Shown: positions 9,668-18,983 of the stretch, one piece after another | Layout of the letters: each line of letters starts with the position of its first letter | Position numbering within the stretch: the first letter of the stretch is position 1 | From: Minisyncoccia bacterium | GTDB lineage: Bacteria > Patescibacteriota > Minisyncoccia > Phycocordibacterales > SBAW01 | Assembly: GCA_049997855.1 (NCBI GenBank) | Contig: JBEKSG010000001.1 | Span: 58,059-122,058, forward strand | Length of the DNA stretch: 64,000 nucleotides | Direction of reading: 5' to 3' | Translations under genes and position numbers: made by a program | Notes under the pieces: model-generated | Seen by the model: the letters and a program-made list of their open reading frames with translations, nothing else | Told to the model about the DNA's origin: nothing | The model's database searches: none

Positions 9668-11115
9668 CGCAAAAGGGTTTTTCGACGGTAGAGATGCTGG
9701 TAGCCATGACTCTCATGCTGCTCACGCTCGCGGCCGCGCTGCTCCTCTCTTTTGGAAGCCAATCATTGCTTGCGGACAGTGCCGGCAATACCGAGGCGCT
9801 TTCGCTGGCAGATGAGATACTCGGCAACGAGGAGGCGCTTGCGCGCAAAGATTTTAATTTAGTAGTCCCGACCACCGCCATCGCAACAATTGGCTCAACC
9901 GCCTACACCGAGTCGGTCGCTGTTCTGACACAAAACAACTCCTTAACTAAAAAAGTGACCGTCGCCGTGTCGTGGACGGGCGAGTACGGCCGCGCCGAGC
10001 AGGTGTCGCTCGGCACGTATGTCACCGACTTTGAAAATGCATTCTCGAGCGATACATGCGATACCGATCTTTCGGGTAACTGGATGGCTCCTATCGTGGC
10101 GAACGCAGTGCAAAACTTCGCGCAGCTCGCGGATGACGCCTCCGGCACGTACACGCTCACCGATGTAAAAGCTCGCCAAGGCAAGCTGTATGTCACCGCA
10201 AGCAACAGCTCGTCCGGTAAAGAAACTTTTTTTATTTTTACTCTTGCAAACAATATTCCGACTTTATTATCAAAGCTCGACAACGACGCCAAGCACAACA
10301 CCGGCCTCGCGGCGGTCGCGCTCTCAAACAATTACGCGTATGTCGCCGGTGCGCTTTCAAGCGACCAGCTCCAAATAATCGACATTAGCAATCCGAGCAA
10401 TCTGGCAAGCTCGAGCATTGTCGCGACCTATAAAATCCCCGCAAGCGATGTCCCCAATGCAGGCGCCGGCAACGCTATTTTTTATAAAAACGGTTATGTA
10501 TATCTCGGCCTCGTCGCGAGCGGCGGCGGCGAGTTTAACATCATCGACGTGCGCAATCCGCAAAGCCCCGAGTGGGTGGGGAGCTACAACGTCGGTAATG
10601 CGGTCAACGGCATATATATAGAAGGCTCGTACGCCTATCTCGCCAGCCCCAACGCGCGCAATCTTATCGTGCTCGACATCAGCAATCCGGCGAATCCGCT
10701 CTTGGTGGGTTCGTATACTCCTGCCACGAGCGCCAACGGCGAGCGAGTTCTCGCACTGGGCGACACCGTATATCTCGGCCGCACGTACGGCACCAACGAA
10801 CTCTATGCGTTAAACGCGACCGCGCCCGCTTCCATTGTGCCGCTTGGTTTTAAAGATTTGGGTGTGGGGAGCAATACCAGCATCAACGGCATGGTGTTGC
10901 GCTCGAACATCGCTTTTTTGCTCACCAACAAACAGCTCGTGAGTTACGACATGAGCAACCCGGCGGCTATCTCTGCATACGGTGCGCCGCTTGTGCTCCC
11001 AAACGCCACATCCGGCGCGGCGCTTGCGTGCGACGGCAACACACTCTTTGCGGCGGCTAACGACGCAAGCACTAACGGTCACGGCTACCTGTATGTGATA
11101 CAACCCGGCGTATGA
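9661..11115 (+). CDS. Prepilin-like protein with C-terminal LVIVD-repeat beta-propeller
   Basis: KGFSTVEMLV signal; repeats LQIIDISNP, FNIIDVRNP, LIVLDISNP, YDMSNP. Confidence 0.85.
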   Translation: MVAQKGFSTVEMLVAMTLMLLTLAAALLLSFGSQSLLADSAGNTEALSLADEILGNEEALARKDFNLVVPTTAIATIGSTAYTESVAVLTQNNSLTKKVTVAVSWTGEYGRAEQVSLGTYVTDFENAFSSDTCDTDLSGNWMAPIVANAVQNFAQLADDASGTYTLTDVKARQGKLYVTASNSSSGKETFFIFTLANNIPTLLSKLDNDAKHNTGLAAVALSNNYAYVAGALSSDQLQIIDISNPSNLASSSIVATYKIPASDVPNAGAGNAIFYKNGYVYLGLVASGGGEFNIIDVRNPQSPEWVGSYNVGNAVNGIYIEGSYAYLASPNARNLIVLDISNPANPLLVGSYTPATSANGERVLALGDTVYLGRTYGTNELYALNATAPASIVPLGFKDLGVGSNTSINGMVLRSNIAFLLTNKQLVSYDMSNPAAISAYGAPLVLPNATSGAALACDGNTLFAAANDASTNGHGYLYVIQPGV

Positions 11116-11621
11116 ATAAAAAAATAACACAAGGATTTATCCGTCATGACGCCGGGTTTACGCTTATCGAAGTGATTATGTATCTCGCGCTTTTTAGCAT
11201 ACTGATGGCGGGCTCGCTCTCGGCTGCTTTTGCGCTGTGCGAGAGCAGCGGACACGAGCGCACGCGCGCGTTGTTGCTTGAGGAAGGCAATTTTATTATC
11301 GCCAAAACGGAGTGGGAACTTTCGGGCGCAGAACTTGTCACCGATCCAAGCGTCGGCAACTCCGGCGCGACGCTTTCGATTGAAAGGGTGTCGGGATACG
11401 ACAACACCGGCGCTCCTGTAACAAACGCCGTAGTGTTCGATCCGTCAACATTGGTTGGCGGCGGAGTTTCGCTTGCCTCCGTGCGTTTTTACCACGCCGC
11501 TGATTCGGGTATCGGTGCCAATCCCGAGAGCGTTGGCATAAGCTTTACGCTTGCTATGCGCACCGAGCAAGGTGCGCTGATGAGCCAAAGTTTTTTTAGC
11601 ACAACGACGCTTAAAAAATGA
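11112..11621 (+). CDS. Minor prepilin (PilW-like)
   Basis: AGFTLIEVIMYLAL. Confidence 0.85.
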   Translation: MNKKITQGFIRHDAGFTLIEVIMYLALFSILMAGSLSAAFALCESSGHERTRALLLEEGNFIIAKTEWELSGAELVTDPSVGNSGATLSIERVSGYDNTGAPVTNAVVFDPSTLVGGGVSLASVRFYHAADSGIGANPESVGISFTLAMRTEQGALMSQSFFSTTTLKK

Positions 11622-12058
11622 CTATGAAAAAACGGGGATTTATCGCGCTCATGTCCGTCATCATACTCTCGGCTGTCTTGCTCGGGATGGCAGCCACCGC
11701 GAGTACCGCGGGATTTTTTGCGCGGTTTAGCGCGCTCGATAAGGAGTATAAAAAAAGCGCGCTTGGGCTTGCCGACTCGTGCGCTAATGTCGCCCTTCTT
11801 ACTCTCGCGCAAAATTACGCATATACGCCCACTCTGCCTGTCGTGGTGTCGCTTGACAGCGACACATGCACCATACAATCAATAACCAACCTCGGCGCGC
11901 CCTCCGCCTCCTCGCGCACGGTGCTTATTACCGCTACAGCCAGTTATCGGGAGGCGTTTAGCGCAGTCGAGGTAAACGCCACGGCAGCAAACCCCGCTAG
12001 TAGTGCCTCTCCGGTCGCCTATCCCATAATCATTAACTCCTGGCGAGAAATCAACTAA
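11618..12058 (+). CDS. PilX-like minor pilin
   Basis: KRGFIALMSV (no Glu5), ADSCANVALL, C-terminal SWREI. Confidence 0.75.
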   Translation: MTMKKRGFIALMSVIILSAVLLGMAATASTAGFFARFSALDKEYKKSALGLADSCANVALLTLAQNYAYTPTLPVVVSLDSDTCTIQSITNLGAPSASSRTVLITATASYREAFSAVEVNATAANPASSASPVAYPIIINSWREIN

Positions 12059-12060
12059 TA

Positions 12061-12107
12061 TACGGAGGTTAAACCTTCGTTTAATGTACGGAGGTTAAAC
12101 CTCCGTT
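12061..12107. repeat. Two tandem REP-like palindromes at/inside the RAYT 3' end
   Basis: tacggaggttaaaccttcgtt (12061-12081) and tacggaggttaaacctccgtt (12087-12107). Confidence 0.85.
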
Positions 12108-12761
12108 TTCTCCGTAGGAAAGCCATTCTTTGAGACTATGTCTAAAATCTAACGCGGTTTCAAAATACTTTGGCAGCGTTGTTTTATTGAGAATGTTACC
12201 TTCTATACGTTTTGTGCCAATATAATCGGGATAACTTGAGTACGGATATTTTTTGAGATATGTTTCCGCTCTATTTTTGTCGGCAATGCCAGTCTCTTTC
12301 CATGCCGGTTCGATTAATTTTACCGGGTTTAAATGGATATAAGAAATAAGGTAAGAGAGATAGCGATCTTCACTAACGTGCGATGATTTGTATGTCCCTT
12401 GGAAGAGTGCACCTGAGTGTTTATATTTTTTATTAAAGTACATCGTGTAAGCTGTCGTCAGTTTCTGCATAAACTTGCTTATGCCCCCGTCTGCTTTTTC
12501 GTGCACAAGCAAATGAAAATGATTTGGCATTAAACAATAGACGCCAATATCTGTCAGGGTCTCTCCGCGCTCAACCATGTGGGCTTTTTCAAGCGTTTGA
12601 CCCTGCGCTCTGGTATCCGTTGAAATACTGCTATTACAGAGATAGAGAAGTGATATAAAACGATCATAATCTATTTGGGAGGTAAAAATGTCCCTTTTTT
12701 CGACGCCGCGATTGTATAAGTGGTAAAACTCTCCTGGTGCAAAGACGCTTTTTCGTGCCAT
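12081..12761 (-). mobile_element. REP-associated tyrosine transposase (RAYT, IS200/Y1 HUH family)
   Basis: YHLYNRG, YCLMPNHFHLL (HUH), YFNKKY..GALFQG, YIHLNPVK, YPYSSY; flanked by palindromes. Confidence 0.92.
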
Positions 12762-12790
12762 GGCGGCACTATACCAATCTGAAAAAAATA

Positions 12791-12830
12791 CACAAAGGTT
12801 TAACCTTTGTACGGAGGTTAAACCTCCGTA
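12791..12830. repeat. Two abutting REP-like palindromes between RAYT and the major pilin
   Basis: cacaaaggtttaacctttgta (12791-12811) and tacggaggttaaacctccgta (12810-12830). Confidence 0.85.
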
Positions 12831-12877
12831 ACTTACGTGGGGCTTTACAAAGCTTGGAGTTTTGGTAGAGTCCCCGC

Positions 12878-13393
12878 ATGCAAACTATAAAGGACATTAT
12901 AAAGGACATTTTTTATAAAGGACAGAAAAAAACAGAAGTAGCAAAAGGTTTTACGCTTATCGAGATTTTGGTCGTTATTGGCATCATCGCCATTTTGGCG
13001 GCTATTGTGATAGTTGCCGTCAATCCTGCCCGCCAATTTGCCGAGGCGCGCAATAGTCAACGCCAAAGCAACGTTGAGTCTATCCTCAACGCGGTAGGGC
13101 AAAATATTGCCGACAATAAAGGGGTTTTTATCTGTGCGGCGGGCACACTCCCTCCAATTGCCACTACGATAGAAAGCACCGGCGGCTACGACTTGCGCGG
13201 ATGCATCGTGCCAACCTACATGGCCGAGATACCGGTTGACCCGTCAATCGGCACCATCTCAAGCGACGGCAGCACCTACAACACCGGCTATACCATCATG
13301 CAAAGCGCCTCAACCGCGCGCATCACGGTGTGCGCGCCCGGCGGCGCCGAGCCTGCAATCCAAGGGAGTGCCGCCATTTGCGTTACGCGATAA
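12878..13393 (+). CDS. Type IV pilin, probable major pilin
   Basis: KGFTLIEILVVIGIIAILAAIVIVAVNPARQFAEARNSQR, PTYMAEIPVDP. Confidence 0.9.
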   Translation: MQTIKDIIKDIFYKGQKKTEVAKGFTLIEILVVIGIIAILAAIVIVAVNPARQFAEARNSQRQSNVESILNAVGQNIADNKGVFICAAGTLPPIATTIESTGGYDLRGCIVPTYMAEIPVDPSIGTISSDGSTYNTGYTIMQSASTARITVCAPGGAEPAIQGSAAICVTR

Positions 13394-13400
13394 GTTCAAT

Positions 13401-13421
13401 TACGGAGGTTTAACCTCCGTA
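13401..13421. repeat. Single REP-like palindrome downstream of the pilin
   Basis: tacggaggtttaacctccgta, with stem extension tcaat/attga. Confidence 0.85.
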
Positions 13422-13545
13422 AATTGATTCACCCGACCCTTCATCTGGTATTTAGTCAAGCTTGCTCACTGTTATAATAGTGCGGTATGTTTGAGCGGTA
13501 AGACAAGAGGGCGGTTTGACCGATTTATTAAATTATTTTAATAGT

Positions 13546-15357
13546 ATGAATATCCAACGCACCGGCTCGACGTTTGTTTCCGGAATTCTTTTAGGTCTCG
13601 CTCTGTTTGTAGGTATTTCTTCTGCAGCGCAACCGGCTCCAGTTAAAGCACAATCTGTGCCGCTTGGCAGTCAGATTGTGTGTTTTGTTTTTACTAGTCT
13701 CAACATGTTTGGTCAGCCTATTCCGCCTCTGAGCACCAGTGATTGTCCGAGTGCGCCATCATACGGCACAGGCACACTTACAGTTATGAAAGTTGTTGTG
13801 GGAGGCACTGCAGTATCTTCTGGTTTTAGTATTCATGTTAAAAGTGGAGGTACTGATATCTCATACAGCCCGCAGCCGGGCTCAGTAACCGGGACCTCAT
13901 ATATCAGCCTTACGCCGGACAATTACACGGTGAGCGAAACAGGAGGGCCAGCCAACTACATCGGCGTCTTTAGTGGTGATTGCAACCCAAGCGGGATTGT
14001 ATCCGTGGCATCAAGTAGTATTCCTGCCGTGTGCACCATCACTAACACCTACACCGGATCGAGCGGAGGTGGGGGAGGCACGGCAAGCACGTCCGACCTC
14101 TCGATCAGTAAAACGGTCAGCACAAGTACTCCTAACGAGGGACAGACCATTACCTACACGCTTACGGTACACAACATCGGTCCCGATACGGCGCAGCATG
14201 TTTCGGTTACTGATATGCTCCCGGCAGGCCTCACTTATGTTTCCGATGACAGCGGGGGTACCTATACTCCAAGCACAGGAATCTGGCTTGTAGGTACAGT
14301 GACAACCCTGGCAAACGCTTTGCTCCATATCGTTGCCACAGTGGGCAATACCACAAATACTATTACCAACACAGCCAACATCGCTGCCGCCAGCAGCACC
14401 GACCCGGTAAGCACCAACAACACGGCACAGGTGAGCATTACGCCAGTAGCTCCCTCAAGCGGTGGCGGAGGCGGCGGCGGTGGAAGTGGCGGAAGTGGAA
14501 CCACCACCTCGGATGTAGCTATCACCAAAACAGTCGACAACAGCACGCCCAATATTGGCGGCACTGTCACCTACACAATCACTGCAAGCGATAGCGGGGT
14601 AGACGCAAGCGGCGTGGTAGTGCAGGACATTCTGCCCAGCGGGCTTACCTTTGTCTCAACCAGCACTGCCGACACGGTGGGTGTGTACAACCCGACCACG
14701 GGCAACTGGACTATAGGCGCTCTGAGCAGCACGACTCCTGCCGTGCTCCATATTATGGCTACCGTAAACAGCAGTTTGGACAACGGCACGGTTATCACCA
14801 ACACAGCTGCGGTGACCAGTGGCGATACTTCCTCGGATAGCGCAAACAACTCATCTTCGGCGCCGGTAACCGTTACTATCCCCGTTACGCCAACTAATAC
14901 CACTGGTGGTGGCGGAGGCGGTGGAGGTGGCGGGGGGGGCGGCGGTGGTGGAATTATCTCTGGTCCGCTCTCATACGGATACGGCGGAGGAGGAGGATAC
15001 CTAACACCGGGCTTGGTGCTCGGTACTTCTACCCAACAAGGAACATCGTGCGGTACATACCTCACCAGCTATTTGCGCATGGGCAGACCAAACGATGCCG
15101 GACAGGTTAAAAAACTGCAGACCTTCCTCAATACTTATGCCGGCGCAAAACTCCCGGTTACCGGCTTCTTTGGCAAGCTTACCGATGCGGCTGTGCGCAA
15201 GTTCCAGACGCAATATACCGCAGACGTGCTCACGCCGTGGATACCATACGGTCTTCCCGTTAACGAGACCACCGGCTACGTGTACAAGACAACGCAGCGC
15301 AAAATTAATCTTATTATGTGCAGCGCTCTCAACCTTCCGATGCCAAGGCTCCCTTAG
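13546..15357 (+). CDS. Secreted surface protein: two DUF11-like Ig domains, poly-Gly linkers, C-terminal peptidoglycan-binding domain
   Basis: Signal peptide; DLSISKTVS..TYTLTVHNIGP..VTDMLPAGLTYVS (twice); VKKLQTFLN..VTGFFGKLTDAAVRKFQ. Confidence 0.85.
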   Translation: MNIQRTGSTFVSGILLGLALFVGISSAAQPAPVKAQSVPLGSQIVCFVFTSLNMFGQPIPPLSTSDCPSAPSYGTGTLTVMKVVVGGTAVSSGFSIHVKSGGTDISYSPQPGSVTGTSYISLTPDNYTVSETGGPANYIGVFSGDCNPSGIVSVASSSIPAVCTITNTYTGSSGGGGGTASTSDLSISKTVSTSTPNEGQTITYTLTVHNIGPDTAQHVSVTDMLPAGLTYVSDDSGGTYTPSTGIWLVGTVTTLANALLHIVATVGNTTNTITNTANIAAASSTDPVSTNNTAQVSITPVAPSSGGGGGGGGSGGSGTTTSDVAITKTVDNSTPNIGGTVTYTITASDSGVDASGVVVQDILPSGLTFVSTSTADTVGVYNPTTGNWTIGALSSTTPAVLHIMATVNSSLDNGTVITNTAAVTSGDTSSDSANNSSSAPVTVTIPVTPTNTTGGGGGGGGGGGGGGGGIISGPLSYGYGGGGGYLTPGLVLGTSTQQGTSCGTYLTSYLRMGRPNDAGQVKKLQTFLNTYAGAKLPVTGFFGKLTDAAVRKFQTQYTADVLTPWIPYGLPVNETTGYVYKTTQRKINLIMCSALNLPMPRLP

Positions 15358-15432
15358 AGCCTATTTGACATCAACACAGCACAAAGTAACATAACCCGGC
15401 TGAGCTACGCTTGGCCGGAGACTCCGTGCTTC

Positions 15433-15513
15433 GATACGACTCTTAGATGGGTCCAAAACCTTCCGGCTTTCCGCTGGTTTCCCAGGAATTTGGACCCATC
15501 TAAACGCCGTATC
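15433..15513. other. Long intergenic hairpin
   Basis: Perfect 15-bp inverted repeat ttagatgggtccaaa (15443-15457) / tttggacccatctaa (15489-15503) with outer gatacg/cgtatc. Confidence 0.7.
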
Positions 15514-15610
15514 TATACAGTATATGCCCATGGCAATGAATCTTTTTTGAAGAGTGCATATTGACGGGGTATCCTGCTCGTTCTCCAGTCGTAGCCGGAG
15601 ATAAAAATCA

Positions 15611-15639
15611 TTGACACTTCATAGTGAGCTTACGATAAT
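15611..15639 (+). promoter_or_regulatory. Sigma70-type promoter
   Basis: TTGACA-17 nt-GATAAT. Confidence 0.75.
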
Positions 15640-15645
15640 GTATAC

Positions 15646-15790
15646 GTTCAAGGAGCACGTACAATGCTCTTACGAACAGGGAAACCGGCGACAGCCACAT
15701 GACTGTTGCTATTTTTTCTGTGTCACTATTAATTGGTTCAAAACTGAAGCGAAACGCTGCATAAGCGTTTCGCTGTTTTTGTTTTTTGTT
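15646..15790 (+). ncRNA. Candidate small RNA or attenuated leader (~140 nt)
   Basis: Lies between the promoter at 15611 and an intrinsic terminator; contains two hairpins and no convincing ORF. Confidence 0.45.
15748..15790 (+). terminator. Intrinsic terminator
   Basis: agcgaaacgct-gcata-agcgtttcgct 11-bp stem followed by T tracts. Confidence 0.8.
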
Positions 15791-15976
15791 TCAAAAATTG
15801 TTTATTGACACTTCATGTAGAGTTCAGAGCTTAGCCGCACAATACAACACGTGAGGCTGTGCTGTGAACTGTACAAGTACAGTCCACAAAAAGGTCGATG
15901 CCCCGACATCGCGCTCGCCGTACGGAGGCGAGATGCCGGGATTACCAATTATTTAAATTAAAAGCTTCAGAACTCT

Positions 15977-16648
15977 ATGAACAAACTTATTGCAGTGGCA
16001 ACAGGACTCGCGATGCTCGCAATGGCATCTCCGGCGTTCGCATCGGTCAACAGCAGCTCGATTACCATCTTGAACACGAACTCGGGTTACATCAGCAACA
16101 CCACTTCTGCAGTGGCACAAACCGGCGGCAATACCGCAGGCGGAAGCAATGCAGGGCATGGTGGCAATGGTGGCAGTATCGTTGCTGCCGGTAGCGGCAC
16201 TGACAACAACGGCGGTGCGACAGCCGGCAATGCCGGCAATGGAGGCAGCTCCAGCGCAGGCGGCACGGTCTCTTCGGGTGCTGCAACGTCGGACTCAGGC
16301 TCGGCAAACGCACTCAACAGCAATGTTGTTACGGTTAGCGGAGGCACCCTGAATAGTTCCTCGGCAACAGTGGAAAACAGCAATACCGGTAGTTATATTT
16401 CGGACGGCACCACTGCAGGCGCTCAAACAGGCGGCAATCATGCGCACGGTAGCAATGCTGGCAACGCTGGCAATGCCGGAAGCGTCGGTTCGAACGGCGG
16501 TAGCGGCAACAACGGCGGCGCGACGAGCGGCAATAGCGGCAGCGGCGGCAATAGCGGCACGGGCGGCTATGTTGCGACTGGCGCTTCGAGCGCAACTTCG
16601 GGCAGCATCAACGTGATGAACACGAACATCATTCGCACGCACTTCTAA
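15977..16648 (+). CDS. Secreted Gly/Ser/Asn-rich protein made of two ~100-aa repeats
   Basis: Sec signal (ASPAFA); two NSSS..N.N..AQTGGN..[S/T]GA..N..N[S/T]N units. Confidence 0.85.
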   Translation: MNKLIAVATGLAMLAMASPAFASVNSSSITILNTNSGYISNTTSAVAQTGGNTAGGSNAGHGGNGGSIVAAGSGTDNNGGATAGNAGNGGSSSAGGTVSSGAATSDSGSANALNSNVVTVSGGTLNSSSATVENSNTGSYISDGTTAGAQTGGNHAHGSNAGNAGNAGSVGSNGGSGNNGGATSGNSGSGGNSGTGGYVATGASSATSGSINVMNTNIIRTHF

Positions 16649-16805
16649 ATCGCTGAAGGTTAGACGAGTTCGCTCGTGTAATATAGCGATTCTTTGAGGG
16701 TTCGGGAGCTTGGGTTAGCAAGCTCCCGCCCTCGGGAGAGTCTTTTGGGAAAGAAGGTTGTCCGGAGGGTTATTACTAACTTATTAGCAGCTAATGATAA
16801 AAATT

Positions 16806-18983
16806 ATGAAAAAACTCCTTACCAGCATCGCGACCATAGCGGCGGCTACGTTGTTTCTCGCCTCGGCGGGGCTTGCGTCAGCGTCATCTGTTGTCCCTGT
16901 GTACAACTTACAGCCGAGCTGGACAGCAGTCGGCGGTGTGGGCGTCTGGGCCGCGTATTACGCGCCTGATTCACAAGTCAGTTCTGGCATATCACCAGGA
17001 ACGACAGCAATCTACGATGGACGTGCGGCTGGCGTCATTAAGGCCGGTATTACCGCAGAACCGTCTGGGCCAAACGCAGGACACTACATGGATGAAGGTC
17101 TCCTAGGCTTTCAAGTGCCGAATGTAAGCCTCTCTTCATTCGCTTCGCAGACGCTCACATATGACGTCGATAAACAGACAGGCACAAACCCAGTGTGGGT
17201 ACGTATCAGACTGACAGATACAAATCAAACTGAATACCAGTTCATACCAACCACTAATCCCGCAGGCTGGCACACGGTTGACGCCGCTGCCGGGCAATGG
17301 CAGTTAATGGATGCCAATGGCGATGGCACTGGCCCAATGATGACACTTGCGCAGGTCGCTGCGGCCAATCCCGGGTTGGCGGTAGACCGCGTCTACTTGA
17401 CGTTGGGTATGGGCGATTCGTACAACGTAAGTCCCGGTGTCGGGACCGAAGCGTGGGTTGATACAGTCACAGTCGGCGGGACGACATATGATTTTGCACT
17501 TTCAGCGGTCACTGTCACGATAGATAAATTTATCGATGGGCACATGGCAACGGCGGCGAGCGCGAATAATTCCGCGTTCCCGATGGTTTCATCATGGACA
17601 AACGCTCCCAGTTACGGCAGTGGCAATTACGATCTCGGAACAGATGATTCATATCAAGCTGTTACGTCATCCATGAACGGAGGTGCGAGCTACACGACCA
17701 ATGAAGTAACCGCTCCATCTTCTGTCGTTGGCACAGACTGTACGACAGGAGATCCGTACGCACTCGTCGGTTATTCCTCCGGTCCGGATCTTACAACTGC
17801 AGAGGCGGCGACCCAGAGCCTGACACCTCCAAACTTCACTACTCTCACTCAAAATGAAGTGGTAATCGTCTGGAACAAGGAATGCCTCGCAGCCCCGACT
17901 CCGCTCGCTCCAGCAAATGGCACCATAACAACGACCGCAGGCTTTACCTCGGTGAGTTGGAATTCGGTAACGGATCAGGCCGGCGGCATCACGTATGTCT
18001 ACCAATCCTCTAATTCTTCGGCCACGAAACCTGATGGTTCGTTCGTGACACCGGCATACACCTCTGGATCCCTAACCGCAACGAACATCCCGACATCCGG
18101 AACTCCGGCAGGCACTTACTACTGGCACGTGCAGGCGAAAGATGCCGATGGCAACGTCAGCCCATGGAGTACGATGTGGTCGGTTACAGTCATCAACACT
18201 CCCGCAGTGATCACCAATCCTGCCACTAACGTGACTGCAACTGATGCAACACTCAACGGTGTCAATGAGGGGAACGGTGCTGGCGGACACTCGTTCTGGG
18301 TTTCGCTTGCTCCGTTCGTCACTACGAGCCCGACCATTCCGGCTGGCGTTTATTCCACGCCTGTTCTTCCGGGCGTTGCGGCGAACACGGCATTTTCTGA
18401 TCCTCTTTCGCTGGTTACCACGAACGGTATTCCAGGTAACATGCCCGCAATAACGCCAAGCACGAAGTACTACTACGCAGCATGGGCTTACATCGGTGGC
18501 ACCTGGTATCCGGGCGCAGTCTTAAACTTCACCACCCTCGCCGCACCAGTCCTCCTTCCGACTCCGGTCAATGCGTGTTCTAACCTCACGAGCCCTCCTG
18601 CAAACTACGTGCTGAAGAACGGCGTGGCGGGCAACGGCACATACGCACTTGCGCCATACACAATGTTCGTTGGCAAAGCCGGTAATTACACCGTGACCGG
18701 CTCCGGCGGGGATTACATCATCTGTCTCCCCAACGGAAACGGTACGGTCAATCTCGGCTACGGCAACGATACGGTCGTGACCGGCAACGGCAATCAGAAC
18801 ATCACGGTCGGCGCGGGCAATAGCGTCATCACGACCGGCAATGGCAACAGCAAGATTACCGCAGGCGCGGGCAATGACACCATCACCGTCGGCAATGGCA
18901 ACAATACAATCATCGCAGGCGGAGGCGCGAGCATTTGCCATGTCGGCAAAGGTCTCAATTCCATCACCGGCTGCACGCACTAG
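16806..18983 (+). CDS. Secreted multidomain protein with Fn3/Ig-like domains and C-terminal RTX-like GNGN repeats
   Basis: Signal peptide; GTYYWHVQAKDADGNVSPWS; GYGNDTVVTGNGNQNITVGAGN repeats. Confidence 0.8.
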   Translation: MKKLLTSIATIAAATLFLASAGLASASSVVPVYNLQPSWTAVGGVGVWAAYYAPDSQVSSGISPGTTAIYDGRAAGVIKAGITAEPSGPNAGHYMDEGLLGFQVPNVSLSSFASQTLTYDVDKQTGTNPVWVRIRLTDTNQTEYQFIPTTNPAGWHTVDAAAGQWQLMDANGDGTGPMMTLAQVAAANPGLAVDRVYLTLGMGDSYNVSPGVGTEAWVDTVTVGGTTYDFALSAVTVTIDKFIDGHMATAASANNSAFPMVSSWTNAPSYGSGNYDLGTDDSYQAVTSSMNGGASYTTNEVTAPSSVVGTDCTTGDPYALVGYSSGPDLTTAEAATQSLTPPNFTTLTQNEVVIVWNKECLAAPTPLAPANGTITTTAGFTSVSWNSVTDQAGGITYVYQSSNSSATKPDGSFVTPAYTSGSLTATNIPTSGTPAGTYYWHVQAKDADGNVSPWSTMWSVTVINTPAVITNPATNVTATDATLNGVNEGNGAGGHSFWVSLAPFVTTSPTIPAGVYSTPVLPGVAANTAFSDPLSLVTTNGIPGNMPAITPSTKYYYAAWAYIGGTWYPGAVLNFTTLAAPVLLPTPVNACSNLTSPPANYVLKNGVAGNGTYALAPYTMFVGKAGNYTVTGSGGDYIICLPNGNGTVNLGYGNDTVVTGNGNQNITVGAGNSVITTGNGNSKITAGAGNDTITVGNGNNTIIAGGGASICHVGKGLNSITGCTH

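Noticed and set aside
9182-13393. Diversity-generating retroelement acting on pilins
   Set aside because: No reverse transcriptase and no template/variable repeat pair seen in the window.
6908-13421. Palindromic repeats as a CRISPR array or integron attC sites
   Set aside because: No regular spacers, no cas genes, no integron integrase and no GTTRRRY/RYYYAAC ends; the adjacent RAYT explains them.
14900-14960. Poly-Gly GGN tracts including a G8 run as a contingency locus
   Set aside because: Mixed Gly codons indicate protein-level linkers; slippage cannot be shown from one sequence.
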